A stretch of 64,000 nucleotides of DNA from Octopus vulgaris (taxonomy: Eukaryota): NCBI GenBank assembly GCA_951406725.2, contig OX597821.1, positions 109,864,001 to 109,928,000 on the forward strand. The letters run 5' to 3'. A program made the translations under genes and the position numbers. Of this stretch, positions 1 through 12,515 are shown in pieces; the first letter of the stretch is position 1; each line of letters opens with the position of its first letter. The notes below the pieces were generated by a model that worked only from the letters and a program-made list of their open reading frames with translations, made no database searches and was not told the DNA's origin.

Positions 1-40
1 CATGTTATTGGCACCGTTGGTGATGCCCTGTACCCATAGA

Positions 41-82
<42 letters not shown>

Positions 83-83
<1 letters not shown>

Positions 84-289
84 CAGGAAGCTTTATGAAA
101 ATAAACAAAAGACGAAGGCAGGTGGAGTACAAACAAACAATTGTATTAGTATGGCGCTCAGGAATATAAATAAAACAAGTCTTTTACGTTTCGAGCCTAC
201 GCTCTTCAACAGAAAGATACACAGAAAAGAAACACGGAAAGAAACAAGGAGAGAAAAAAATGCGTGCAGAAGCTAGCGAATCAACATGG

Positions 290-291
<2 letters not shown>
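83..291 (-). mobile_element. Short (TA)n-inserted HHR-bearing element (family H2; probable PLE pLTR/3' remnant)
   Basis: Flanked on both sides by (TA)n. Homologous to 16699-16815, 17206-17398, 23650-23905 and 39200-39345, more distantly to 1350-1545 and 9230-9430. Carries a hammerhead-like motif at 180-217. Confidence 0.75.
180..217 (-). ncRNA. Minimal type-I hammerhead ribozyme-like motif (core variant CUGUUGA)
   Basis: Minus strand reads TCTTT-CTGTTGA-A-GAGC-GTAG-GCTC-GAA-ACGT-A-AAAGA: stem I TCTTT/AAAGA, stem II GAGC/GCTC, palindromic stem III ACGT, cleavage triplet GUA. Confidence 0.6.
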
Positions 292-388
<97 letters not shown>

Positions 389-401
389 TATATATATATG
401 C

Positions 402-436
<35 letters not shown>

Positions 437-763
437 TGCACACGCAAAACATCCGCACATATATCAGTACATATACACCCTACACATCTCTGTTTTTCTG
501 TCTACATTCTCTCCATTTTCCCATCATTATTAACGCCCTTCCATTCTATTTCTCGCCTTATTCACGTCTATTTCTGTCTGCCTCATTCATTATAGATGTC
601 GCTCGCTCATTCTTTCATCAATCATCTACTGATGCATCTGTTGTTGGAATACGTATATACATATACACAATCCTTGACATACGTACATGCAAATATGGTG
701 AACTACGTATATATGCGCCTGTGTGCATTAATTATTTGCAAGTTTGCTCGTACCCCCCCCCCC

Positions 764-826
<63 letters not shown>

Positions 827-869
827 AAAACTTTCTTGGAAAAGGATGTGTGCCGTTCGATCATATAAT

Positions 870-1041
870 TATATAAATGATTTATAAATATATGCAAATA
901 TACATATATGTACATACCTACATATATATGTATATATACACGCATATATGGGTACAGGACATCAAAAAAACGCAGACAAAATGAGAAACGGGAATATAAA
1001 AACAAAAACATAAAAAACGAACATTTTTCGAACAACGAAAA

Positions 1042-1045
<4 letters not shown>
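870..1045 (-). mobile_element. Fragment of a TA-associated repeat family (GGGTACAGGAC family)
   Basis: GCATATATGGGTACAGGAC...AATGAGAAACG...AAAACATAAAAA recurs at 53290-53640 and 53640-53955. Confidence 0.6.
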
Positions 1046-1089
<44 letters not shown>

Positions 1090-1099
1090 GTATAGTGGT

Positions 1100-1326
1100 A
1101 GGCATGGATGTGCGGTAAGAAGCTTGAGTGGATTTGGTAGACGGAAACTACAAGAAGCCCGTTGTGTATGTATATACATATATATATGTGTGTGTGTATG
1201 TGTAGGCCGACAGAATAAGTACTAGGCTTAAAAAGAAAGTCCAGAGGTCGATTCCCCTGTCTCTTCAAGGCGGTGCTCTAGGATGGCTGCATTCAAATGA
1301 CTGAAACAAGTAAAAGAATAAAAGAA
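1100..1326 (+). mobile_element. tRNA-derived CORE-type SINE, family A (internally deleted copy)
   Basis: Contains family A blocks GAGTGGATTTGGTAGACGGAAACT..GAAGCCCGT and the 3' tail GGCGGTGCT..ATGACTGAAACAAGTAAAAGA. Confidence 0.8.
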
Positions 1327-1349
1327 TATATATATATATATATATACAT

Positions 1350-1543
1350 ATTGTAAATCTTAAAAAAAGAACAAGCACAAAAAATAATATCGCGAGGACT
1401 AGGTACATGTAATGTATTAGCAGACGTTCAGGAAAGAGAGAAAGTTTATTTTTTCGAGCAGACGCTCTTCTTCGGAAACAGAGGAAAGTTCAAGACGAGG
1501 GAAGACGGAGGATGAACATCGTCAAGATTCACATGTGGTTGTC

Positions 1544-1545
<2 letters not shown>
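1350..1545 (-). mobile_element. Degraded H2-related HHR element
   Basis: Minus strand TTT-CCGAAGA-A-GAGC-GTCT-GCTC-GAAA at about 1444-1479; similar to 9230-9430. Confidence 0.5.
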
Positions 1546-1596
<51 letters not shown>

Positions 1597-2029
1597 CTGC
1601 ATGTGTGTGTATAATATATACATAGAGAGAGAGAGAGAGATGCATACACACATATGTATATGTTTGTATGGGTATATATTATAAGTTCATAATGATTTAC
1701 TTTTATTTATTATTTTATATGCAGAAGTTTATAAATGCACACATGCATACTATATACATATATATTTGCATGAACATATTCGTGTATTATACGCAGGATT
1801 AGTGTGTGAGTGTGTGTGTATGTGTATGTACATGGTTGGCACATTTAGCATTGGTATGAAATAAATAAACTTCTTTTAACATTTCAAATATGTTCAGGGT
1901 GTATTGACCTGCACAAAGGTCGTATTTACAGCAGGTTGCCATAGAGAAAAATTCTCACCATTGGTTAAAAAAAAAATGAAGGTATAAAATGCCAAGTCAT
2001 TTCAGAGTGCCGCGAATGACACTTTATTG

Positions 2030-2300
2030 CATCGATCGCGAATGGATTAAAAGCAAAGTTGACATCAGTGACACATGATCTCAGTAATGGGACAGAAAAA
2101 ATGCCGCTAAGCACTTAGTCCGGAGTGCTAGTAGGAGAGAGATTGTCTGTTACAAGGAGCCCAATGTTCCACTGGTATCATTCCATCGATTCCGAAAGGT
2201 TGAAAGGCGAAGTTGACTGCAGCGGAATTTGAAATCAGAATGTAAATACGGACGAAATGCCGCTAAGCATTTTGTGCGGCTTGCCATCGATTCTGCCCAA
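2030..2300 (-). mobile_element. SINE family B fragments (tRNA-derived, Meta/MESC-like central domain)
   Basis: Reverse complement of the family B consensus GGCAGAATCGTTAG...AAATGCTTAGCGGCATTTCGTC...GTCGACTTTGCCTTTCATCCTTTCGG. Confidence 0.7.
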
Positions 2301-2309
2301 ATAATAATG

Positions 2310-2380
<71 letters not shown>

Positions 2381-2382
<2 letters not shown>

Positions 2383-2734
2383 TCACGAGCAGAAGTAGTG
2401 GGGGAGCATCATAGCCATGTGTTGAGAGGGATTCTTTGGGGTTTGAATAATTCACCTCTGGAAACATTGGTGGTTCTTTCAACATCCTTAAACAACCCTT
2501 ATTCAGGGACCTTTTGAGCGGGATGGGCTACTCAACCTGAAGAAAATTCTAACTGGGCCCCACCTGCAAGGTCATGTGCTGTTTATCTTGATATGAGATC
2601 ACCATGTCGCGCACATATGGTTGTGATGCATGTGCCTGGTGTACCCTTATCAGACGGGTAGTCACGATGGGTATATTGGGCTTCGTATATTTTACCCCAG
2701 TGTCACTTTGATGGCATGCACTGCTCTCTCACTC
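2381..2734 (+). mobile_element. Young (TAA)n-inserted element of unknown class (family D), left-truncated
   Basis: Near-identical to 42705-43058 (I count about 5 substitutions in 354 bp). Both copies end CTCTCTCACTC(AAT)n and are flanked by (TAA)n on both sides. Confidence 0.85.
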
Positions 2735-2800
<66 letters not shown>

Positions 2801-2814
2801 AATAATAATAACAA

Positions 2815-3260
2815 TCTTTTTCTACTATCGGCACAAGGTCTGAAATTTTGGGGTAGGGGACTAGTCGATCAAATTGACCCCCAGTACATAAGTGGTATTA
2901 ATTTTATTAACCCCGAAAGGATGAAAGGCAAAGTCGACTGCGAGAGAATTTTAACGCAGAACGTAAAGACGGACGAAATACAGCTAAGCATTTTCTCCGG
3001 CGTTCTAACCATTCTGCTTTAACAACAATAATAATAATGGTTTCGAATTTTGGCACAAGGCCAGCCAGCAGTTTCGGGGGAGGTTGGGTGGGAGCAAATC
3101 GATGAGATCGATCTCTGCTCGATTAGTATTTATTTTATCGACTCCGAGTGGATCAAAAGCTAAGCCGACCTCGGCGGAAAATGAACTCAGGTCGTAAAAA
3201 CGGGCGAAATGCCGCTAAAAATGCCCGGCGTAATAACCATTTTACCGTGTCGCCTCCTTA
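2815..3260 (-). mobile_element. Two tandem SINE family B copies
   Basis: GGCACAAGG..GAAATTTTGGGG...GTCGAT...CCCCGAAAGGATGAAAGGCAAAGTCGAC...GAAAT..GCTAAGCATT occurs twice. Confidence 0.8.
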
Positions 3261-3261
3261 A

Positions 3262-4006
<745 letters not shown>

Positions 4007-4277
4007 TAAGAACGCGCCCCCTCGCTCAACTCAGATAAATAATTAATCTAATGTAACCGTTGCTAATGGATTGTGTACGGTGGATTTGCATAGCAATTAG
4101 ATGGCCGCCTAAATCTAATTTGCTCATTTCGTTGGAAGAGTCAGTATGCGTGTGGTATGAGGAAATGAAAAGTGTAATGTGAAGCAAGACAAGCTTGTAT
4201 TGTGTCTGTGTGTGTGTGTGTGGTTCAGAAATTAAATAGATAAAGCGGTAACAAGAAATGCTGTAATGAATTTCATT

Positions 4278-4358
4278 AGCTTACAGACGTTTCTGCTGTA
4301 AGATGCAATGCAATCACAGCTGAGTGCTTGTGCATCACCTTATAGCTTCATCAGAGCT
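4278..4358 (-). ncRNA. Type-I hammerhead ribozyme with long stem II and canonical core
   Basis: Minus strand AGCT-CTGATGA-A-GCTATAAG-GT-GATGCA-(loop)-TGCATC-TTACAGC-A-GAA-AC-GTCT-GT-A-AGCT: stem I AGCT/AGCT, extended stem II, GUA cleavage site. Confidence 0.7.
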
Positions 4359-4364
4359 TCAACA

Positions 4365-4646
4365 ATGGTTACACCGACGAGGGTTCCAACTGATCCGATC
4401 AACAACCTGCTCGTAAAATTAACGTGCCAGTGGCTGAGGATTCCATAGTCAGGTGTACTCTGAACGTATTCCTCTTAACGTATACGACAGGCTTCTTTCA
4501 GTTTCCGTCTACCGAATCCATTCACAAGGATTTGGTCGGCCCGAGACTATATAAGATACTTGCCTAAGGTGCCACGCAGTGGGACTGAAACCGGAACAAT
4601 GTGGTTGGGAAGCAAGCGTCTTACCCCACAAACACTCTTACGCCTA
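4365..4646 (-). mobile_element. Chimeric SINE: family A head joined to family C-prime tail
   Basis: 4482-4646 is the family A 5' half. 4365-4475 matches the tail of the SINE at 38228-38345 (TTAATTT.ACGAGCAGG..GATCGGATCA..TGGAACCCTCGTCG). Confidence 0.7.
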
Positions 4647-4693
4647 CCTATCAATCTATCTACCTATCTACACATATATGCTTGTATATATAG

Positions 4694-4724
<31 letters not shown>

Positions 4725-4811
4725 TGTATGTATGTATGTATGCATGTATGTATGTATGTATATGTATGTATATATGCATATACTTATATATTATTTATAT
4801 TATTATATATA

Positions 4812-5619
4812 TTGGGTTGTCCAGAGAGTCCGTACCGATTTTTAAAGGAAAGAAAAAGGTCAATAAATACTTGACATTACATTTTTAATCAACCAAATAT
4901 GAACCATTTTGTTGCACAATGCGTCTCCATCTTTCCTTTAACTTGAAAATACCCTCTTCCCAGAATTGAGGTGGTTTCATGGCAAAGAATTCATCAAGGT
5001 ATATTTTTACGTCATTCAAGGAATTGAAATTTTTACCATTAAGACTATTCTGCAGAGACCTGAATAAGTGGAAATCCAAAGGAGCAATATCTGGTGAATA
5101 TGGAGGGCGGGTAACACATGCCAGCCGAGCTGCAGCAATTTTTGTCTGGTTCCCAAACCATCAAGTGCCGAAAATGAACTTTCTTATTTTCCATTTTAAA
5201 GGTTTACAGAATTAACACAGGTTATAGGAACATAAATCTTCTTCCACGAAAAGATGGCTTAAACTGTGCTTTAAATGGAGGTGTAGTCAAATCCTATTTT
5301 ATGGACTTAACCATGTTCTAAAATAAATCGAAAGGTAAGCTGTTATAAATCGCACGCACTTTCCGGACAACCCAAAATTTTAAAGCGGAAATAAATCTTG
5401 GATCTGGGTTTTAGTAGTGAAATTATATTGAAAATGACTTCAGTATTTATGTTCGTTTGGAATGTATCGAGAACATGGACCTTCTTCCACGAAAAGATAG
5501 CTTAAACTGTGCTCTAAATGGAGGTGTAGTCAAATCCTATTTTATGGACTTAACCATGTTCTAAAATAAATCGAAAGGTAAGCTGTTATAAATCGGCACG
5601 AACTTTCCGGATAACCCAA
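4812..5619 (-). mobile_element. Internally deleted mariner transposon with duplicated 5' end
   Basis: TIRs TTGGGTTGTCC.GA.AGT.CGT.CCGAT at 4812 and inverted at about 5592-5619 (extra inverted copy about 5351-5376); TA flanks. C-terminal transposase PPYSPDIAPLDFHLFRSLQNSL...GIFKLKERW...NGSY at 4885-5115. Confidence 0.9.
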
Positions 5620-5684
<65 letters not shown>

Positions 5685-5689
5685 GTCTG

Positions 5690-5844
<155 letters not shown>

Positions 5845-6379
5845 GAGCCATGAAAGCGTAATGGCTGATAAACGATAATAATATAACAGCTTTTAAAATT
5901 ATGTGGTTCCCCGTATTAATGAAGGTGAAATTATTAGCCTCCATATTTCTGTTATTATTATTAATAATATAATTAACATAACTGTTATCTTGACTATTAT
6001 TATTTTACACATAATTATACACGCATGTACATCTATATCTATCTTTATATGTTACATACATACATACGCGCGCACACACATATATATATGTATATATACA
6101 AACGTGTGCACGTTTATGTACATTCGCGTGTAATACGTACTTTGGTTCGTGCGTGCATGTATGTTTATCCAAACTGCTAGTATATATAAAAAAAAATAGG
6201 ACGAATGGCTATATAAATATTATTCCATCATCATGTATACATGTCGTTATGAATTAGAGTTTCCATGTTTATTTATATGAGCGCCGATAGACACGTGTGC
6301 TCATGTTGAAACGCATAAAGCGCGTGTGTGTATGTGTGTGCATGCTGGTGCTTGTATGCATGTGCGTGTGTGTGTGTGG

Positions 6380-6410
<31 letters not shown>

Positions 6411-6479
6411 TATATGTATATGTACACATAAGTATATATGTGTATATATGTCTACATATGCGCGCACACGCACACATAC

Positions 6480-6511
<32 letters not shown>

Positions 6512-6907
6512 ATATATATATGTATGTATGTATGCATGTATATACAGAGAGACATATATTTGTCTAAGAGATGAATTACGTCTAAAATTAGATGGCTCTC
6601 CTTCATTCACTTTCGGTGAACGAAGTTTTGACCAAAAGTAAGGAGGTATTGATGTCATCAGACATCATATATATGTGTGTGTGTGTGTGTATGTGTGTTG
6701 TGTGTGTGTGTGTGTTTTGGTGCAATATATATATGTATATATATATATATGTGTGTGTATGTATGTATATGTACAAATATATATATATATGTAAATACAT
6801 GTACGTATATGTATCTATCTATCTAGCTATATCTTTCTCTCTATATATATATATACATATATATGAGTGTATATATATGTATATATATATACATATATAT
6901 ATACATA

Positions 6908-6948
<41 letters not shown>

Positions 6949-6967
6949 GTACATATATATACATATA

Positions 6968-7026
<59 letters not shown>

Positions 7027-7074
7027 ATATATAAATATATATTTATGCATATGTATATGTATATATATACGTAT

Positions 7075-7124
<50 letters not shown>

Positions 7125-7302
7125 GGACTCACTCCAATATAATGATACTTGAAGCAGATTCCCTCCGTTACGTGTAGGAGTAAGACAAGTATGGCTGTTT
7201 GCTTTGGAGTTAAGTTAATCATCAAATTGCTTATTAAATGCACCGATACCTCTTTCAACAGTAATAATAACAATAATAATAATAATAATATTAATAATAA
7301 CC

Positions 7303-7381
<79 letters not shown>

Positions 7382-7407
7382 TAATAATTATAATAATAAT
7401 GATGATG

Positions 7408-7482
<75 letters not shown>

Positions 7483-7749
7483 GTAATAATAATAATAATA
7501 ATAATAATGATGATGATAATAATTATAATAATAATAATAATAATAATACTTTCTACTGGAATATGTGGTGTAAGTGTGCTTGCGTGCGTCTTGTGGTTTT
7601 TGCTGTTTTCTTATATACATATATTCGGAAGCGTGAAGATTTTGATAAATAAATATTTTGCGATAAAACGCCCTGTGCAGCGGCGATTGCCCTCCTGTTA
7701 TTGCTTGGTAAGCTTCACGCTGGAAGGGGTTAAATACACATACACACAT

Positions 7750-7801
<52 letters not shown>

Positions 7802-8001
7802 ACACACACATTCACACACACAGACATTCACACACACACACATACATATTCCTTTTCCAAGATTCTTGCTGTGAATTCGTGTGTTGAAGCAGATATTGTA
7901 TTTGGGGATGATCATGCTGCCAGTTTAGCCAATAAAAACACACGCACTATATATTTGGTGTTCATTTGCTTCAGTTTTATTTTATATTAATCCTATTTTG
8001 G

Positions 8002-8041
8002 CCAGAGTTCTTTCGTCACACTTCTGTGACCTCATCAGTGG
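8002..8041 (-). ncRNA. Minimal type-I hammerhead ribozyme with canonical core
   Basis: Minus strand CCA-CTGATGA-G-GTCACA-GAAG-TGTGAC-GAA-AG-AA-CT-C-TGG: 6-bp stem II, CUC cleavage triplet; homologue at 38911-38957. Confidence 0.7.
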
Positions 8042-8369
8042 TACTTTGCTTTCTTCTTTCTTTTTTGTGTGTCTTTCCTTATTAATAATCAGCCATTTTG
8101 TACAGAATCGTCTTTCATGTGTGCCGAAACTCTCACATCTTGTGATGTCACAAATAGTGGCATCAGTGCCTGACATTTATATTCTTTTCATTAAATATAC
8201 AACCGTGTTCCAGTCTTATCTTTGTTAATACCTTATTTTCACATTTTCGTCTGAACTTCTTGAAGTTCGTTTGAAACATTAAAATCCCTAGATCCATATT
8301 CAACACTGCCCGACCTTCACAGACACATCTTCAGGATAGAACATATATTTGGCTTCTATGTTGCTATAT

Positions 8370-8552
8370 TCTTTCTACCATAGGCACAAGGCCTGAAATT
8401 TGGTGGGAGGGGTAAGTCGATTTCATTAACGCTTATGCTTGACTGGGTCTTAATTCATCGATCTCGAAAGGATGAACGGCAAAGTTGGAAATTGAACTTA
8501 GAACATACAGCTTTTTTGCTCGGCGTGCTAACCCTTCTGCCAACTCGTCACC
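8370..8552 (-). mobile_element. SINE family B, degraded
   Basis: TAGGCACAAGGCCTGAAATT...GTCGAT...CGAAAGGATGAACGGCAAAGT...CGGCGTGCTAAC..TTCTGCCAACTCG. Confidence 0.7.
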
Positions 8553-8704
8553 TTGTGTTACTTCTTAAACCGTTGTCAAAAATTTGTAGAGTTTGCCACC
8601 ACATAGAGGTTTTCACGTTAGCAGTCAGGTTTCATTTTGTTGGTTTTTAGTCAAATGTATGTAGGCGTTATAGCCTAAATACTTTTTTCTGCTAAGCTTC
8701 CATG

Positions 8705-8812
8705 CGAGGTCTGATCAATAAGTATCCGGACAGTTGCCATTGTAATGAAGCTAAAGCACGCAGTAGGAAGTCGCTTGGCAAAGATTGACCTTGAACTCTA
8801 CTGTGCATGCGC
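8705..8812 (+). mobile_element. Isolated left end of the mariner family found at 48924-49808
   Basis: CGAGGTCTGATCAATAAGTATCCGGAC..GCTAAAGCACGCAG...ATTGACCTTGAACTCT.CTGTGCATGCGC matches 48924-49032; truncated by (CATA)n. Confidence 0.8.
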
Positions 8813-8861
8813 AATACATACATACATAATACATACATACATACATACATACATACATACA

Positions 8862-8893
<32 letters not shown>

Positions 8894-8956
8894 AAAAACA
8901 TATAAAAACATAAAAAACAAGATATGTGTAGATATTAGAACATTTATAGATAGAAG

Positions 8957-9008
8957 GTCTTACAGCTGTTTCCAGGATATTTATTAATTATATCCCTTCA
9001 TCGGAGAC
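8957..9008 (-). ncRNA. Minimal type-I hammerhead-like motif (CCGAUGA core, ACAGCUGU palindromic stem III)
   Basis: Minus strand GTCT-CCGATGA-A-GGGATAT-AATTAATAA-ATATCCT-G-GAA-ACAGCTGT-A-AGAC. Confidence 0.65.
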
Positions 9009-9229
9009 GGTGTGAGAAGATGGTTAAGTAATAATTAATCTAGATAGGATACAAAATAGAGAGTGAGGTGGAGGAGAGAAAATAGATGTGAGATATGTAG
9101 GAATATTGAATTTGTAGATCCATTTTTTTTTAGGCATAATGGTATATATGTAAAATTCCAATACCTTTTGAGAAAAATCCAACAGTATTTAAAATTGCTC
9201 ATTCCAAGTATATATATATAGTTAATCCA

Positions 9230-9430
9230 AACAAGAAAACACAAAAAAAAAAAACACTGCAGCGCGAGGACGTGGAACAAATAAAGTATTATTGGACGCT
9301 CAGGAGAGAAGGGAAGAAGGAGGATTTAACGTTTCGAGCGGAGCTCTTCGTCGGAAACACAGGAGAAGGAAAGATCCCGAGAAGGGAAGACGGAGGAAAT
9401 AAAATCGCTGGCGGTACTCACGAGGTCACA
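9230..9430 (-). mobile_element. H2-related element with HHR-like motif at 9325-9357
   Basis: Minus strand TTT-CCGACGA-A-GAGC-TCC-GCTC-GAA-ACGT-T-AAA; downstream CCTGAGCGTC.AATAATAC is shared with H2. Confidence 0.65.
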
Positions 9431-10854
9431 TACACGTACACAACCACACGCACACATACACACATATATATATGAAGAGTCATAACAAAAGGGTTAACCA
9501 TTAGGTTTGCGCTTTTGACCAGAAATCGATCTGGTTAGATCACCTTCGAACGTGTAAATACGATTTGAATGTGAGAAATATTTCGATCTGGTTAGATCTC
9601 TTTGGAACATGTGAATGCAGTTCAATGAGAAATATTTTTTCCCTTTCGTCTCACTGTTGTCTTTACTATTAGCCCAGACTTAATTTGAACTCACGTCGTC
9701 ATAGACAAGAAAGACTCTATGTACCTGCAATTCTATGTTTTCTGAGCAACTTCACATAACATTTTACTTGGAATGCAGTATGGGCCTGCTCTATGCCTTG
9801 TAACTCTATCTCCTCTCTTTATCTCTCCCTCTCTCTCTATCTATCTCTATCTCTCTCACTCACTCCTTCGCGTTCTCTCTTCCCCTCTCCCTCTTCTTCT
9901 CTCTCCCTCACTGTCTTTCTCTCGTGTTTTCGAGGGATAGTTTTGGACTTCTTCAGAAACAGATTGCGTCCACTCCCGATTCGCCAGCTATTGCCCTCCA
10001 TTCTTTTTCAGCACATGGTTGATGTATAGTATTTGATGGCATCAAAGACGCCCAGGCATACTAGACGCATCCCAATTTCAGCAACGCATATTCATGAAAA
10101 GAAAAAGAGAAGTCTTCGGTGCACTAAAACTTATGGGAGGCCCAAATTCACATATAGGATCCGGTGTGATTTTCGGGACATATTTTTGTTTTTGGTAAAA
10201 ACAAAAAAAAAAACAAAAAAAAAAGACGTGTCTTAAATATCATCAAATATGGTATTCGGTTTTGCTACTGTTTTTCAGCTTTTATAGTCTGAATAACAAA
10301 ATACGTCCCCCACAGAATGGCTTTCGGGTTTGCTCTTATTAAATCCAGCTGTTTGCTAACATGGCAGAGATTTCTCAGTGTATATCTTTAGATAGTCCAC
10401 CGAGAAATAATGGCTTACTGTGGTATTAGTTGCTGCTGTATACTGGAGCATGTCAACTGTTATTTGTTAAAGAAGCCACAGTTGTTTTAGGGCTAAAATA
10501 CACAGAGCAAACAAAGGCTGTTGCCTTGAAATGTTCTTTGCGATTGTATGCACGTGTATATGTTTCATTGAGATTTAATCGTTCCTCTATCGTTCGAATA
10601 ATTCAAACAGATCACAAACAAAATGACAAAGCGCTTTTGTTTAATCAGGACAACTCTTGCGGTTTGTGGTTTGTGGTTACCTGCGTTGGTCGATATATGC
10701 ATTTGGATATCTCATGCGTATGTGTATGAATACGGATAAGCTTGCACTTATGTGAGTGCGTGTAAATATATTCTATATGTATATGTGCTTGTGTGCACTT
10801 GCTCCCTGAGGAAACACAAATGAGGATCCCTGAAATATTTTACAAATTTTTCAT

Positions 10855-11009
10855 TTATTTTATTTACATTATTTATATTTGACGGATACTTGTCCTCATC
10901 TTGTTTGTTGTTAACACAACGTTTCCGCTGATATACCCTCAAGCCTTCATCTGGTGTCTTGGGGAAATTTCGAACCTGGGTTCTCATTCCTAAAGTATTT
11001 TTCGATGTT

Positions 11010-11010
<1 letters not shown>
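10855..11010 (-). mobile_element. HHR-bearing element family H1 (left arm of an inverted pair)
   Basis: Reverse complement of 11412-11603; HHR motif at 10913-10958 (GACAC-CAGATGA-A-GGCTT..CAGCG-GAAACGTT-GTGTT). Confidence 0.85.
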
Positions 11011-11411
<401 letters not shown>

Positions 11412-11603
11412 AACATCGAAAAATACCTTAGGAATGAGAACCCAGGTTCGAAATTCCCACCAGACACCTGATGAAGGCGGAAGGGTATATTAGCCGAAAC
11501 ATTATGTTAACAACAAACAAGATGAGGACAAATATCCGTCAAATGTAAATAATATAAATAATGTAAATAATGTACATAATTCCTCATCTCTTAAATATAG
11601 AAC
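11412..11603 (+). mobile_element. HHR-bearing element family H1 (right arm of the inverted pair)
   Basis: AACATCGAAAAATACCTTAGGAATGAGAACCCAGGTTCGAAATT..GACAC-CTGATGA-AGGC..TAGCC-GAAAC; further copies at 42138-42320 (-) and 43145-43293 (+). Confidence 0.85.
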
Positions 11604-11770
11604 TTTTTTTTATTTATTGTTTTGTTGATCGATTGTTAAAGGGGCCATTGCCTAGTGGTTAGAGTAATGCAGTCTCGATCGCGAGGTTGCGGTTTCAATT
11701 TCGAGACCGAGTGTTGTTGAGCGTTTCATTTCTTCTCACGTTGCTCTGCGATCACTTCGACACCTAACGT

Positions 11771-11809
<39 letters not shown>

Positions 11810-11821
11810 AACACACACATA

Positions 11822-12019
11822 TTCTTTTATTTGTTTCAGACATTTGACTGCGGTCATGCTGGAGCACCACCTTGAAGGATTTTAGTCGAACAAATTGACC
11901 CCAGGACATTTTTTTCAAGCCGAGTCCTTATTCTATCAGTTTCTTAGGCCGAACCGCTAAGATACGGGAACGTAAACACCGGTTGTCAGGAGGTGGTGGG
12001 TACAAATACATACATAGTA

Positions 12020-12063
<44 letters not shown>

Positions 12064-12215
12064 CGACGGGCTTCTTTCAGTTTCCGTCTACCAAGTCCGC
12101 TCACAAGGCTTTGATCGGCCCGAGGCTATAGTAGAAGACATCTGCATGAGATGCCACGGAGTAGAACTGAACCCGGAACCCTGTGATTGGAAGCAAGCTT
12201 CTTACCACACAGCCA
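11822..12215 (-). mobile_element. SINE family A, near full length, with internal (CA)/(TA) microsatellite
   Basis: tRNA-like head (TGTGTGGTAAG, GGTTCAGT), CORE-like block, internal microsatellite, tail GGTGCTCCAGCATGACCGCAGTCAAATG. Confidence 0.85.
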
Positions 12216-12277
12216 TATCTCTTTCTCTATACACACACACACGCACACACACACACATACACATATATATATATATG

Positions 12278-12346
<69 letters not shown>

Positions 12347-12479
12347 GCATATATTTCAAAAGGAGGTGTTATACTATTCCACATATACAAAAACAGCCAT
12401 ACCAACAATCCAACATACCCCCATCATCAGCTGCCTCACGGACATCATTATGGTTTCGACACACACACACATATATATA

Positions 12480-12515
<36 letters not shown>

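Noticed and set aside
8240-8340. Minus-strand CTGAAGA...GTCTG/CAGAC-GAAA
   Set aside because: No valid stem III or UH site.
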